Shown here piece by piece: positions 53,755-64,000 of a stretch of 64,000 bases of DNA. Below the pieces are notes generated by a model. That model was not told the DNA's origin and ran no database searches. It saw nothing but the letters and a program-made list of their open reading frames with translations. How positions within the stretch are numbered: the first letter of the stretch is position 1; each line of letters opens with the position of its first letter. The DNA comes from an uncultured Bacteroidales bacterium (GTDB lineage Bacteria; Bacteroidota; Bacteroidia; Bacteroidales; F082), in the NCBI GenBank assembly GCA_900315175.1, contig OMYA01000011.1:64-64063 (forward strand), written 5' to 3'. The position numbers and the translations under genes are program-made.

Positions 53755-55122
53755 ATGGCCAAAGTTAAAACGGTATTTTTTTGCAAGGAATGTGGCAATG
53801 AGTCACCAAAATGGATAGGTCATTGCCCTGGATGCGGAGCGTGGAACAGTTACGTGGAGGAGACGGTGGTTACGGGAAAAGACAGTAAATCCGTTTCAAA
53901 AGATGTTGATTTTCAAGACTTTAAAAGCAAGCCGACTCCTATTCGTGATGTCACAAGCGCACAAGAGGAGCGTTTCGATTTGGGCTATGAGGAGCTCAAC
54001 CGTGTCCTCGGGGGCGGGCTCGTCCCAGGTTCATTGGTGCTCCTCGGCGGCGAACCAGGCATCGGAAAGTCGACACTGCTGCTACAGATGGCTCTGCGCA
54101 TTAATAAAAAGGTGCTTTATGTGTCGGGTGAAGAAAGCCAACAACAAATAAAAATGCGTGCCGACAGAATCGGTATCAAAAACGATAACTGCCTGATACT
54201 CAATGAGACAGATACACAACAAATCTTGAAACACTTTAAGGATGTGCAGCCCGACATCATGATTATCGACTCCATCCAGACGCTCGAGTCGCCATCGGTG
54301 GAGGCTACGGCAGGCAGCATCAGCCAGATACGTGAGACGGCGGCGGAGATGAACAAGATAGCCAAGACATTCCATGTGCCGGTGTTTCTTATCGGTCATA
54401 TCACCAAGGACGGCACCATCGCAGGACCTAAGATCCTCGAGCATATCGTCGACACGGTGTTGCAGTTCGAGGGCGACCGCCACTATGGTTTCCGCATTCT
54501 GAGGACGGTGAAAAACCGTTTCGGCTCGTCGTCGGAACTCGGCATCTTTGAGATGAATGCCGAAGGCCTGCGAGAGGTCAAAAACCCCAGTGAGATCTTG
54601 CTTTCACAGCGAGAGACGGCTGTCAGCGGCATCGCCATCGCTGCCATGGTCGAGGGTATGCGTCCTATGCTTGTGGAGACGCAGGCTCTGGTGAGCTCGG
54701 CAGCCTACGGCACACCACAACGCTCCAGCACCGGCTTCGACATCCGTCGTTTGAACATGCTTCTTGCGGTGCTCGAAAAACGTGCAGGATTCCGTCTCGG
54801 TGCAAAAGATGTGTTCCTGAACATCGCCGGCGGCCTCCGTGTCGATGACCCCGCCATGGATCTCGCTGTGGTGGCAGCAGTCCTGTCGTCGTCTGAAGAC
54901 GTCGCCATCGACGGACGATGCGCCTTCGCCGCCGAAGTGGGACTCTCAGGCGAGGTGCGCGCCGTCAATAGGGTGGATGCCCGCATCGCCGAAGCCGACA
55001 AACTCGGTTTCGACAAGATTTTCGTCTCAAAATACAGCGTAAAAGGCCTCGACCTGAAGAAATATAAGGTAAAAGTGGTGCCCATTGCAACGATTGGGCA
55101 ATTGTTTAAAGAATTATTTTAA
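53755..55122 (+). CDS. radA: DNA repair protein RadA
   Basis: Zinc finger FFCKECGNESPKWIGHCPGCGAWNS, Walker A GGEPGIGKST, KNRFG motif, Lon-like C-terminus; start set at MAKVKT. Confidence 0.95.
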   Translation: MAKVKTVFFCKECGNESPKWIGHCPGCGAWNSYVEETVVTGKDSKSVSKDVDFQDFKSKPTPIRDVTSAQEERFDLGYEELNRVLGGGLVPGSLVLLGGEPGIGKSTLLLQMALRINKKVLYVSGEESQQQIKMRADRIGIKNDNCLILNETDTQQILKHFKDVQPDIMIIDSIQTLESPSVEATAGSISQIRETAAEMNKIAKTFHVPVFLIGHITKDGTIAGPKILEHIVDTVLQFEGDRHYGFRILRTVKNRFGSSSELGIFEMNAEGLREVKNPSEILLSQRETAVSGIAIAAMVEGMRPMLVETQALVSSAAYGTPQRSSTGFDIRRLNMLLAVLEKRAGFRLGAKDVFLNIAGGLRVDDPAMDLAVVAAVLSSSEDVAIDGRCAFAAEVGLSGEVRAVNRVDARIAEADKLGFDKIFVSKYSVKGLDLKKYKVKVVPIATIGQLFKELF

Positions 55123-55125
55123 AAA

Positions 55126-55178
55126 GCCATTAGCTGTTAGCCATTAGCTAGGGCGTCTACTTCTAATGGCTAATGGCT
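55126..55178. terminator. hairpin built from tandem short repeats (GCCATTAGC x2 / GCTAATGGC-like x2) between convergent genes
   Basis: agccattagctgttagccattagcta-gggcgtctacttc-taatggctaatggcta; fills the radA/LD-carboxypeptidase gap. Confidence 0.65.
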
Positions 55179-55182
55179 AAAA

Positions 55183-56091
55183 TTATCCAAATATTATAGC
55201 TCTGTTGTCTTCAATGTGTCCTGCCGGATAATCCCAAATCACAGGATACCCGTATTCTTTCACTTTTTCAAAAATGATTTCCTTGGCGGTCATGCCGAAC
55301 GGAATGGCGTTGTCGTGCATGTCGGTGAACGCCCCGACCAACAATGCCTTCAGATTGGCTAATTTTCCCGCACGTTTCAACCCCATCATCATGCGGTCGA
55401 TGTGATAAAGATATTCGTCCAAATCCTCAATAAACAATATCTTTCCATCCGTTTCCGGAAACAGATCCGAGCCCAACATCGAATATAAAACCGAGAGATT
55501 TCCGCCAACCACCATGTCATTTCGACTGAAGCGTAGCGGAATGGAGAAATCCTTTTTTCCCGTAATCATTTGACTGTTTACGTTATTAGAGGATTTATTC
55601 ACCAGAGGTGAATGCTCTCGCTTCGCTCGAAATGACGGGTTGGTTAATGCTTCGTATAAACTATCAAGTGCTTCCTTCGTATTCTTCTCGAAGTTTATTG
55701 CCATGGTCCCGTGAATGCTCTGATAACCAAGCTGTTGCATCTTCGCATGCAGCACTGTCACGTCGCTGTAGCCGACGATCCATTTCGGATGTTTCGCAAA
55801 CTTTGTGAAGTCGAGTTTGTCGACAATACGTATGGTCCCGTAGCCGCCCCGAGCGCATAAAATAGCGTCTATGTCATCTCTGTCGAGATAATCTTGCAGT
55901 ACGCCCGCCCTGAAGTCATCACCACCTGCAAGTTGGTGATACTCAGCGAATAAGCGGTCGTCATAAACGGCTACGAAGCCTTTTTCTTCAATCCATTTCA
56001 CGGCAAAAGCAACCTCCTCGCGCGAAATCTTCCTTGCCGGCGCGACGAGAGCAATCTTGGAGCCTCTTGTCAAAAAATCAGGTGTTATCAT
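55183..56091 (-). CDS. LD-carboxypeptidase (peptidase S66) carrying an in-frame repeat-derived insertion
   Basis: Nucleophile motif VGYSDVTVLH, GGNLSVL, IEDLDEY, C-terminal YPAGHIEDN; residues SFRAKREHSPL...SIPLRFSRND are encoded by a family B repeat. Confidence 0.8.
   Translation of the reverse strand: MITPDFLTRGSKIALVAPARKISREEVAFAVKWIEEKGFVAVYDDRLFAEYHQLAGGDDFRAGVLQDYLDRDDIDAILCARGGYGTIRIVDKLDFTKFAKHPKWIVGYSDVTVLHAKMQQLGYQSIHGTMAINFEKNTKEALDSLYEALTNPSFRAKREHSPLVNKSSNNVNSQMITGKKDFSIPLRFSRNDMVVGGNLSVLYSMLGSDLFPETDGKILFIEDLDEYLYHIDRMMMGLKRAGKLANLKALLVGAFTDMHDNAIPFGMTAKEIIFEKVKEYGYPVIWDYPAGHIEDNRAIIFG
55516..55636. repeat. repeat family B, complete palindromic copy inside a coding sequence
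   Basis: gtcatttcgactgaagcgtagcggaatggagaaatcc ... ggatttattcaccagaggtgaatgctctcgcttcgctcgaaatgac. Confidence 0.85.
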
Positions 56092-56095
56092 GATG

Positions 56096-56103
56096 CAAAG
56101 GTA
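56096..56103 (-). promoter_or_regulatory. -7 promoter motif TAnnTTTG (would imply a leaderless mRNA)
   Basis: TACCTTTG on minus strand, only 4 nt before ATG 56091. Confidence 0.3.
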
Positions 56104-56162
56104 GCAATTTTCAAGAAAAATATAATATCTCTAAAAAAATTTTGTTATTTGAATAAAATATT

Positions 56163-56170
56163 TAATTTTG
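56163..56170 (+). promoter_or_regulatory. -7 promoter motif TAnnTTTG
   Basis: TAATTTTG, 40 nt before ATG 56211. Confidence 0.45.
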
Positions 56171-56210
56171 CAAACAATTTGACAATAATAACTGTTTAAA
56201 CCTGTTAACA

Positions 56211-56909
56211 ATGAAAATATTTAAAGGTTTCTTATTGATTATCATCACTTTGGGTTTTGTAAAAATCGCTGATGCCCAGGATGTTATTGTGAAAAAAGAC
56301 GGTACAACTATTGAAAGTAAGGTGACAAAAATCACGTCGATGGAGGTGGAATACAAGAAATGGTCGAATATTGACGGTCCGGTATATACTATTGACAAAG
56401 AAGAAGTCGCCCAAATCAAATATCAGAATGGTGACATTGAGGACTATACTATCGTCGCGACGCCGAAAAATTTCATGAAAAGAGTAGGCCGCACCCTCGT
56501 CTTGAACGGACACACCCTGTCTGATGAGGAAGTCCTCGCTCTCGTTGGCGAAGAGAACTACAAGACATATCTCAGCGCAAGAAAACAGATTAGCAATGGC
56601 GATTGGAACGCCTTTTTGTTTGGCGGAGCGTTTATCGGGGCGGTATATTTCTTCTTTGAAGGAATGACAGTCAATGATGAATTCCATGTGCTTATCGGTG
56701 CCGGTTTGGGGATTTTGGCGGATGTCGGTTTGATAGCTTTAATTATTAACAAATCGGCTGGAAAGGGCAGGATGAGCTGGGTTGCCGACGAATACAACAG
56801 ACAGCACGGAACCTATAAATTAAGCCTTGCGCCGTCAGTCATTAAGACCAAAACGCCACAATTCAATGACAATTATGGTGTTGGACTAACATTGAGTTTG
56901 AAGTTTTAA
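56211..56909 (+). CDS. secreted/membrane protein, function unknown
   Basis: Signal peptide (VKIADAQD), two central hydrophobic segments, C-terminal LSLKF. Confidence 0.5.
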   Translation: MKIFKGFLLIIITLGFVKIADAQDVIVKKDGTTIESKVTKITSMEVEYKKWSNIDGPVYTIDKEEVAQIKYQNGDIEDYTIVATPKNFMKRVGRTLVLNGHTLSDEEVLALVGEENYKTYLSARKQISNGDWNAFLFGGAFIGAVYFFFEGMTVNDEFHVLIGAGLGILADVGLIALIINKSAGKGRMSWVADEYNRQHGTYKLSLAPSVIKTKTPQFNDNYGVGLTLSLKF

Positions 56910-56954
56910 ACTAAAATTCTTAAAAATTTTAACGCCACTTTCCCAAGTTTTTTG

Positions 56955-56962
56955 TATTTTTG
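56955..56962 (+). promoter_or_regulatory. -7 promoter motif TAnnTTTG
   Basis: TATTTTTG, 39 nt before guaB ATG. Confidence 0.5.
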
Positions 56963-56986
56963 CAGATTAATTATAAAGAATAATAA

Positions 56987-58474
<1,488 letters not shown>

Positions 58475-58502
58475 TAATTCAGGGTTTTTAAACGTTTTTA
58501 AA

Positions 58503-58661
58503 CATCATTTCGAGATCCTCACTTCGTTCGGAATGACAAAGAAATAGAGGGAACAATAAAACGCGGCATAATGATTCCTGATAATTGACAGGAGCTTTCA
58601 AGCCACGCCATAATAAAAATAAAAATTGTTGTCATTCTGAGCACGAAGTGCGAGAAAACTC
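58503..58661. repeat. repeat family B, two half copies
   Basis: catcatttcgagatcctcacttcgttcggaatgac (58503..58537) and gtcattctgagcacgaagtgcgagaaaactc (58631..58661). Confidence 0.7.
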
Positions 58662-58689
58662 AAAAAGACAAAATATAAAAAGAAATTAT

Positions 58690-60687
58690 ATGAAAAAAGT
58701 ATTAGTCCTTTTAGCAATAATGATGCCGGCTCTGCTTTTTGCACAGGGTTGGAAATCAAAGACTTTGATAACTCTCGGCGACAAAAAAATCTCGGCAGGG
58801 GAGTTTATGGATGTCTATGAGAAAAACAACGTGAAAAGCGAAGTCCTCGACAAGAAAAATGTCGATGAATATCTTGACATGTTTATCAATTTCGAATTGA
58901 AAGTCACTGAGGCTGAAAACCTTAAGATGGACACTCTTCCGAAGTTCGTCAAGGAATATGAAGGCTATCGCAAACAGCTTGCAAAGCCTTATTTCTCAAA
59001 CGATGCCGCTACAGAGAAGCTCGTTGAGGAGGCTTACGACAGGATGCAGTGGGATGTCAACGCATCGCATATCCTGGTAAGATGTGACATCCACACCAAC
59101 GCCACTCCTGCCGACACTCTCAAGGCTTACAACAAGGCTATGGAGATTCGCAAACGCATCCTCAAAGGCGAGGACTTCGGCGATGTGGCATTCGAGGTGT
59201 CTGACGACCCATCAGCACGCGACACCACAGTGAATGGCCGTTTTTACAAAGGCAACCGCGGAAACCTCGGATATTTCACCGTTTTCGATATGGTTTATCC
59301 GTTTGAAAGCGGCGCCTACAACGCCAAAATCGGCGAACTCACAATGCCTGTGCGCTCCGACTTCGGCTACCATATCATCAAAGTCAACTCAAAAACCCCG
59401 GCTTGCGGCATGATTAAAGCCGCACATATCTTCCTCGTCGTGGATGAAAAAGATCCGGAAAAGACAGATTCCGTTATCAGAGCTAAAGCTTATAACATCT
59501 ACAATGAGATTGACAAAGACGGCAAAAACTGGGATTTCATGGTGAAAAAATATTCAGATGACAAAGGCAGCGCCCAGCATGGCGGAATGCTCACCCCTTT
59601 CAAAGTGAGCCAGATAGTCCCTGAATTTATCACCGTCGTTAAAGAACTCAATATCGACGAGTTCTCAGAACCAGTGAAGACAAGCTATGGTTACCATATC
59701 ATCAAACTTCTCGGAAAATCAGGAGTTAAGAGCTTCGAAGAAGAGAAAGAAAACATCACAAAACGCGTTGAAAAAGACGTGCGCGCCAAAGTCAGCGACG
59801 AAGAAGTGCTGAGACGTCTCAAGAAAGAAAACAAATTCAAAGAGAACATCAAGGCGAAAGACGCTTTCATCGCCACCATCGACAGCACCCTGAAAGAAGG
59901 CAATTACGTCGTGGCTGAAGGTGTTGACACAAACATAACCCTCTTCAAATTGATGAAGCAGGAATATAAAGTTTCAGATTTCATCGAATATATCAAGAAA
60001 CACGAGTCAAAACAACCGTTCATGTCAGAAATGGCTTATGCCTACCAGCTTTATGACGATTATGTGAAAGAATCAGTGTTTGCTTATGAAGACGCTCATC
60101 TCGAAGAGAAATATCCGGAATTCAAGATGCTCGTTCAGGAATATCACGACGGCATCCTTCTCTTCGATTTGATGGATAAGATCGTCTGGAAAAAAGCTGA
60201 AATCGACACAGCCGGCATAAAAGCGTTCTATGAGGAAAACAAGAACAACTATATGTGGGACGAGCGTGTGAAAACCATTATCATCACCGTGAATAACGCC
60301 GATAATCTCGCAAGAGCTGAAGAAATCACCCGTCAGGATTTGAGCTACGACAGCATCAGAGCTATTGTGAAAGCCGAGAGTTTGAAGGGTGTCACAGTGA
60401 AATCACCTTATTTCCAGAAAGGCGACAATGTAGATATCGACGAGACAGAATGGGTGGCTGGAACAGTGCGCGTGGTGCCGTCAACAGTTGACAATACCGC
60501 TAAAATCATCAAGATTTTGGAAGTGCGCCAACCTGAACCTAAGACCTACAGAGAGGCAAAAGGCGTGATAATCTCAGCATATCAGACCAAACTCGAAGAA
60601 GATTGGCTTAACGAACTGAGAGCAAAATATCCGGTGACCGTCGACGAAAAAGTCTTGGAAAAGGTCAAGAAATGTTATGAAAATTAG
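58690..60687 (+). CDS. peptidylprolyl isomerase (PpiD/SurA-like, two parvulin domains)
   Basis: Signal peptide; ASHILV...GYHIIKV and AAHIF...GYHIIKL parvulin patterns. Start set at MKKVLVLL (ATG 58690); the longer ORF reads through a family B repeat. Confidence 0.8.
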   Translation: MKKVLVLLAIMMPALLFAQGWKSKTLITLGDKKISAGEFMDVYEKNNVKSEVLDKKNVDEYLDMFINFELKVTEAENLKMDTLPKFVKEYEGYRKQLAKPYFSNDAATEKLVEEAYDRMQWDVNASHILVRCDIHTNATPADTLKAYNKAMEIRKRILKGEDFGDVAFEVSDDPSARDTTVNGRFYKGNRGNLGYFTVFDMVYPFESGAYNAKIGELTMPVRSDFGYHIIKVNSKTPACGMIKAAHIFLVVDEKDPEKTDSVIRAKAYNIYNEIDKDGKNWDFMVKKYSDDKGSAQHGGMLTPFKVSQIVPEFITVVKELNIDEFSEPVKTSYGYHIIKLLGKSGVKSFEEEKENITKRVEKDVRAKVSDEEVLRRLKKENKFKENIKAKDAFIATIDSTLKEGNYVVAEGVDTNITLFKLMKQEYKVSDFIEYIKKHESKQPFMSEMAYAYQLYDDYVKESVFAYEDAHLEEKYPEFKMLVQEYHDGILLFDLMDKIVWKKAEIDTAGIKAFYEENKNNYMWDERVKTIIITVNNADNLARAEEITRQDLSYDSIRAIVKAESLKGVTVKSPYFQKGDNVDIDETEWVAGTVRVVPSTVDNTAKIIKILEVRQPEPKTYREAKGVIISAYQTKLEEDWLNELRAKYPVTVDEKVLEKVKKCYEN

Positions 60688-61195
60688 CATTGCAACCGGA
60701 TTGATGCTGGTTTTGGCACTGTTTTCTTGCCAAAACTCAAAAAATGGCAAAGACGATAAACCCGTGGCCGCCATTTACGATAAGGTTTTGTATCAATCCG
60801 ATTTGCAAGGCATTATGTATGATGGAATTAGCACCAACGACAGCCTCGTCAGGACAAAGGTGTTCATCGACAACTGGATTCGTCGCCAACTGCTCATTCA
60901 TCAGGCTGAAAATAATCTCGACAAATCAGAACTCGACTGTGTGAAAGAGATTGAAGATTATCGTAACTCATTGATAATCTATAAGTACGAATCAATGTTG
61001 ATAGCACAAAATCTTGACACTGTCGTTTCTGATGAAGAGATTGAAAAATATCTCAAAGACAATGCACTCATTGATATGAATAAAGATGCTGTTAGATCTA
61101 TCATATTGAATATCAGGAAGAAAGAGCTTATCGAAAAGATGAATAACAGCCTTTATAACAAAGCGGTTAAAGAACGTGTTTTTGTAATCTATTAA
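60677..61195 (+). CDS. lipoprotein, function unknown (chaperone-like helical protein between the two PPIase genes)
   Basis: Lipobox ALFSC; overlaps the upstream gene by 11 nt. Confidence 0.5.
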   Translation: MKISIATGLMLVLALFSCQNSKNGKDDKPVAAIYDKVLYQSDLQGIMYDGISTNDSLVRTKVFIDNWIRRQLLIHQAENNLDKSELDCVKEIEDYRNSLIIYKYESMLIAQNLDTVVSDEEIEKYLKDNALIDMNKDAVRSIILNIRKKELIEKMNNSLYNKAVKERVFVIY

Positions 61196-61204
61196 AATTT
61201 TGAT

Positions 61205-62557
61205 ATGAAGCTAAGAAGGTTTTTCGCTGTATTTGCCATCGTAACTATTTGTTCATCAACGATATATGCACAGCAGGTGCAGGTTATCGACAAGATTGTG
61301 GCGGTTGTGGGCAATAATATCATCATGCAGTCGGATATTGAGGAGCAGTATATGCAATACAGGATGCAGGGTGGTATCAAAGGAAGCGCTTCTTCAATAC
61401 GTTGCGAGATTCTCGAAGACATGCTTTTCCGCAAGCTGATGCTTAACCAGGCAGAACTTGACAGTATCACGGTGTCCGACGAGCAAATCGACAGCGAAGT
61501 TGACAGATATATCCGTTATTACCTCAGTCAGTTCGGCTCGCAGGAGAAGCTTGAGAAATATTACGACAAGCCGATGAAGGACATTAAAACCGACCTTCAT
61601 GACATGTTGAAAGAGAAGCAGTTGATGGAAGAGGTGCAGCGTAAGATTGTGGAAGGCATCAATGCCACTCCGAGCGATGTGCGCGATTTCTACTACAATA
61701 TCCCAAAGGACTCAATCCCTATGGTCAGCGCGCAATACGAGATTGCTGAGCTGGTGAAGAAACCGCCAATCACCCTCGACGAGAAACTTGCGGTGAAAGA
61801 ACGTCTTTACGGACTGCGTTCCCGTATCTTGAAAGGCGAGCGTTTCTCCACTATGGCGCTGCTTTATTCCGAAGACCCGGGTTCTGCCAAGAAAGGCGGT
61901 GAGCTCGGATTCAAGGGGAGAGGCGAACTGGTGCCCGAATTTGAGGCCGCAGCCTTCGCTTTGAAAGACGGAGAGATATCTGAAGTGGTTGAAACAGAAT
62001 ACGGTTACCATATCATACAACTCATCGAACGTCGCGGCGACTATATCAACGTGCGCCATATCCTTCTCACAGTGAGAGTGTCGCCAGAAGCACTGCAAAC
62101 AGCTTATAATGAACTGGAATACATCGCCAACCTTATCAGAAACGACAGCCTGTCATTTGATGAAGCGGTTAAAGCGCACAGCGATGAAGACGACAAGACT
62201 AACGGCGGCTACCTCATCAACCCTAACACAGGAGGCACTTTGTTCGCAGCAGAAGACCTCGACCAACAGGTGTCGGTGGTGGTAAACCGCCTTCAGGTAG
62301 GCGAAGTGAGCGACCCTGTGCCGATGAAGACAAAAAACGACAAAGACGCATACCGACTGTTGATGATCAAGAAGAAAACCACGCCTCATAAGGCAAATCT
62401 GAAAGAAGACTACGCCTTGATACAACAATGGACTATGCAGAAACTGCGCCAAGACGCCATAAACAAATGGATTGACGCAAAGTCGAGCAAAGCATACGTG
62501 AAGATCAGCGACGACTATAAAGACTGCGATTTTAATTTTGACTGGAATCTAAGATAA
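61205..62557 (+). CDS. peptidylprolyl isomerase (SurA-like)
   Basis: Signal peptide; SurA N-domain-like region IVAVVGNNIIMQSDI; parvulin domains ...GYHIIQLI.. and RHILL. Confidence 0.8.
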   Translation: MKLRRFFAVFAIVTICSSTIYAQQVQVIDKIVAVVGNNIIMQSDIEEQYMQYRMQGGIKGSASSIRCEILEDMLFRKLMLNQAELDSITVSDEQIDSEVDRYIRYYLSQFGSQEKLEKYYDKPMKDIKTDLHDMLKEKQLMEEVQRKIVEGINATPSDVRDFYYNIPKDSIPMVSAQYEIAELVKKPPITLDEKLAVKERLYGLRSRILKGERFSTMALLYSEDPGSAKKGGELGFKGRGELVPEFEAAAFALKDGEISEVVETEYGYHIIQLIERRGDYINVRHILLTVRVSPEALQTAYNELEYIANLIRNDSLSFDEAVKAHSDEDDKTNGGYLINPNTGGTLFAAEDLDQQVSVVVNRLQVGEVSDPVPMKTKNDKDAYRLLMIKKKTTPHKANLKEDYALIQQWTMQKLRQDAINKWIDAKSSKAYVKISDDYKDCDFNFDWNLR

Positions 62558-62558
62558 A

Positions 62559-63518
62559 ATGTATAACAATGACGTTGAAGGCGCAAAAGCCCTTGTAAAT
62601 AAATATGAATCACTGAAAAAAGAGATTAGTAAGGTCATCATCGGGCAAGACGAGGTGATTCACGACACCATTTTGTCGATTTTCTGCCAAGGTCATGTGC
62701 TTTTGGTGGGTGTTCCGGGTCTTGCAAAGACATTGTTAATCAACACTATAGGACGGGCTTTAGGCTTGAGTTTCAGCCGTATACAGTTCACTCCCGACCT
62801 GATGCCTTCTGATATCATCGGAACGGAGATTTTGGATGAGTCGCGACAGTTTAAGTTTGTGAAAGGCCCTGTGTTTGCCAATATCATCCTTGCTGACGAG
62901 ATCAACCGTACGCCTCCGAAGACTCAGGCTGCCTTGCTTGAGGCGATGCAGGAGAAGAACGTCACTGTTTCGGGCAAGACATACAAGCTGAGTGAGCCAT
63001 TTTTCGTGCTTGCCACGCAGAATCCTATCGAGCAGGAAGGCACATATCCGCTTCCTGAGGCTCAGCTCGACCGTTTTATGTTCAACCTCATGCTCGATTA
63101 TCCGTCATACGAAGAAGAAATCGCTGTTGTGAAAAACACCACGGCGCCTAACAACAACAATGTGGAGGCTGTGATGAGCGCCGAGGAGATTCTTTATTTC
63201 CAGCAGTTGGTGCGCCGTGTGCCGGTGCCTGACAACGTTTATGAATATGCAGTGAACCTTGTCTCAAGGACGCGTCCAGGCACGGAGCGTGCGCATGAAT
63301 GGGCTGATAAGTACCTGAGCTGGGGTGCGGGCCCGCGCGCCTCGCAGTATCTTATCATCGGTGCCAAAGCCAACGCCCTGATGAGCGGCAAGTTCTCGCC
63401 CGACATCGAAGACGTGAAAAAAGTGGCAGTGCCTGTTTTGAGACACCGCCTTGTAAGAAATTATACCGCTCAAGCTGAAGGAGTCAGCATAGAGAAGATT
63501 ATAGAGAGGTTCCTTTAA
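62559..63518 (+). CDS. MoxR-family AAA+ ATPase
   Basis: Walker A GVPGLAKT, ILADEINR, ATQNPIEQEGTYPLPEAQLDRF, 319 aa. Confidence 0.9.
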   Translation: MYNNDVEGAKALVNKYESLKKEISKVIIGQDEVIHDTILSIFCQGHVLLVGVPGLAKTLLINTIGRALGLSFSRIQFTPDLMPSDIIGTEILDESRQFKFVKGPVFANIILADEINRTPPKTQAALLEAMQEKNVTVSGKTYKLSEPFFVLATQNPIEQEGTYPLPEAQLDRFMFNLMLDYPSYEEEIAVVKNTTAPNNNNVEAVMSAEEILYFQQLVRRVPVPDNVYEYAVNLVSRTRPGTERAHEWADKYLSWGAGPRASQYLIIGAKANALMSGKFSPDIEDVKKVAVPVLRHRLVRNYTAQAEGVSIEKIIERFL

Positions 63519-64000
63519 AATAAATACCCCAAACCCACATTGATATTATGATATAGATGATCATATTGTGGCGTAAAGTCAAAGCTGTATGATGTGAATA
63601 TCATCCATCTGCTTATTATATATTCAAATTTGACTCCAGGATTTATACCAAAATAAGTGTCAATTTTTTTATTAACGTCATTATTTTTTGGTTTATATCT
63701 TGAAACACCCACACCGGCGGCAATATATGGATTAATTCTGAAAGAGAATATTTTAATATTATAACCCAAATACAACATCAATGTGTGATTCTCTTCTGAG
63801 CGTCGTATTTTATCGTAACCTAATTCGGAGAATATATTATATTCAGGGTGGATTATGTTTTTGAAACAATATCCTGCGCCGACCACAAAGCCATCATCAA
63901 GAAATCGGTTGTAAACAACATCAACTGTCGGACTAAATTCATTTATTGGATCAGCTTTGTTTTGTGATATCATATAAGAACCTAATCCTAAATAAACCAC
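63515..64000 (-). CDS. outer-membrane beta-barrel protein, C-terminal part (N-terminus beyond window end)
   Basis: Paralog of 236..859 (shared VYLGLGSY, FSPT.D.VYNRFLDDGF.VGAGY, NPYIAAGVG, ISRWMIFTSY, GLGY.F); stop overlaps the moxR stop region. Confidence 0.6.
   Translation of the reverse strand: MVYLGLGSYMISQNKADPINEFSPTVDVVYNRFLDDGFVVGAGYCFKNIIHPEYNIFSELGYDKIRRSEENHTLMLYLGYNIKIFSFRINPYIAAGVGVSRYKPKNNDVNKKIDTYFGINPGVKFEYIISRWMIFTSYSFDFTPQYDHLYHNINVGLGYLF

Noticed and set aside
58585-58689. N-terminal extension of the PPIase ORF (MTGAFKPRHNKNKNCCHSEHEVRENS...)
   Set aside because: The extension is the translation of a family B half repeat, and a canonical signal peptide starts at ATG 58690. 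Similar extensions were trimmed at 17560..17688, 47420..47485, 21777..21833, 38539..38586, 52605..52649 and 12617..12658.

Overview
A 64-kb chromosomal segment that looks like Bacteroidota, probably Bacteroidales. Support: many TAnnTTTG -7 promoter motifs 4-50 nt upstream of start codons, almost no Shine-Dalgarno sequences, five proteins with T9SS C-terminal sorting domains, a DUF3098-ftsX-uppP-truB block, and a TonB-dependent receptor. All product calls come from motifs I recognise by eye, not from database searches. Housekeeping backbone: ruvC, glyQS, queA, truB, uppP, ftsX, rpiB, radA, guaB, ogt, two SurA/PpiD-like PPIases, and a MoxR ATPase. Transport: a TPP-riboswitch-controlled TonB receptor plus PnuC-type transporter, an RND efflux operon, a Kv-like K+ channel, and an orphan PTS EIIC-like permease. 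Accessory loci: (1) a self-contained bicistron of a small lipoprotein and a radical SAM/SPASM enzyme; (2) a lipoprotein-anchored TPR/TM/HTH regulator followed by three leucine-rich-repeat surface proteins, one made of eleven 26-aa Cys-containing PELPAT repeats; (3) a histidine kinase/response regulator operon with two secreted proteins; (4) two inverted M28-peptidase T9SS paralogs. Intergenic DNA carries several short repeat families. One palindromic family (GTCATTTCGA...TCGAAATGAC) has a copy inserted in frame inside the LD-carboxypeptidase gene. A four-helix-bundle gene and a GxxExxY gene each sit as single-gene cassettes between inverted repeats. I found no rRNA, tRNA, CRISPR array, transposase or integrase by eye.
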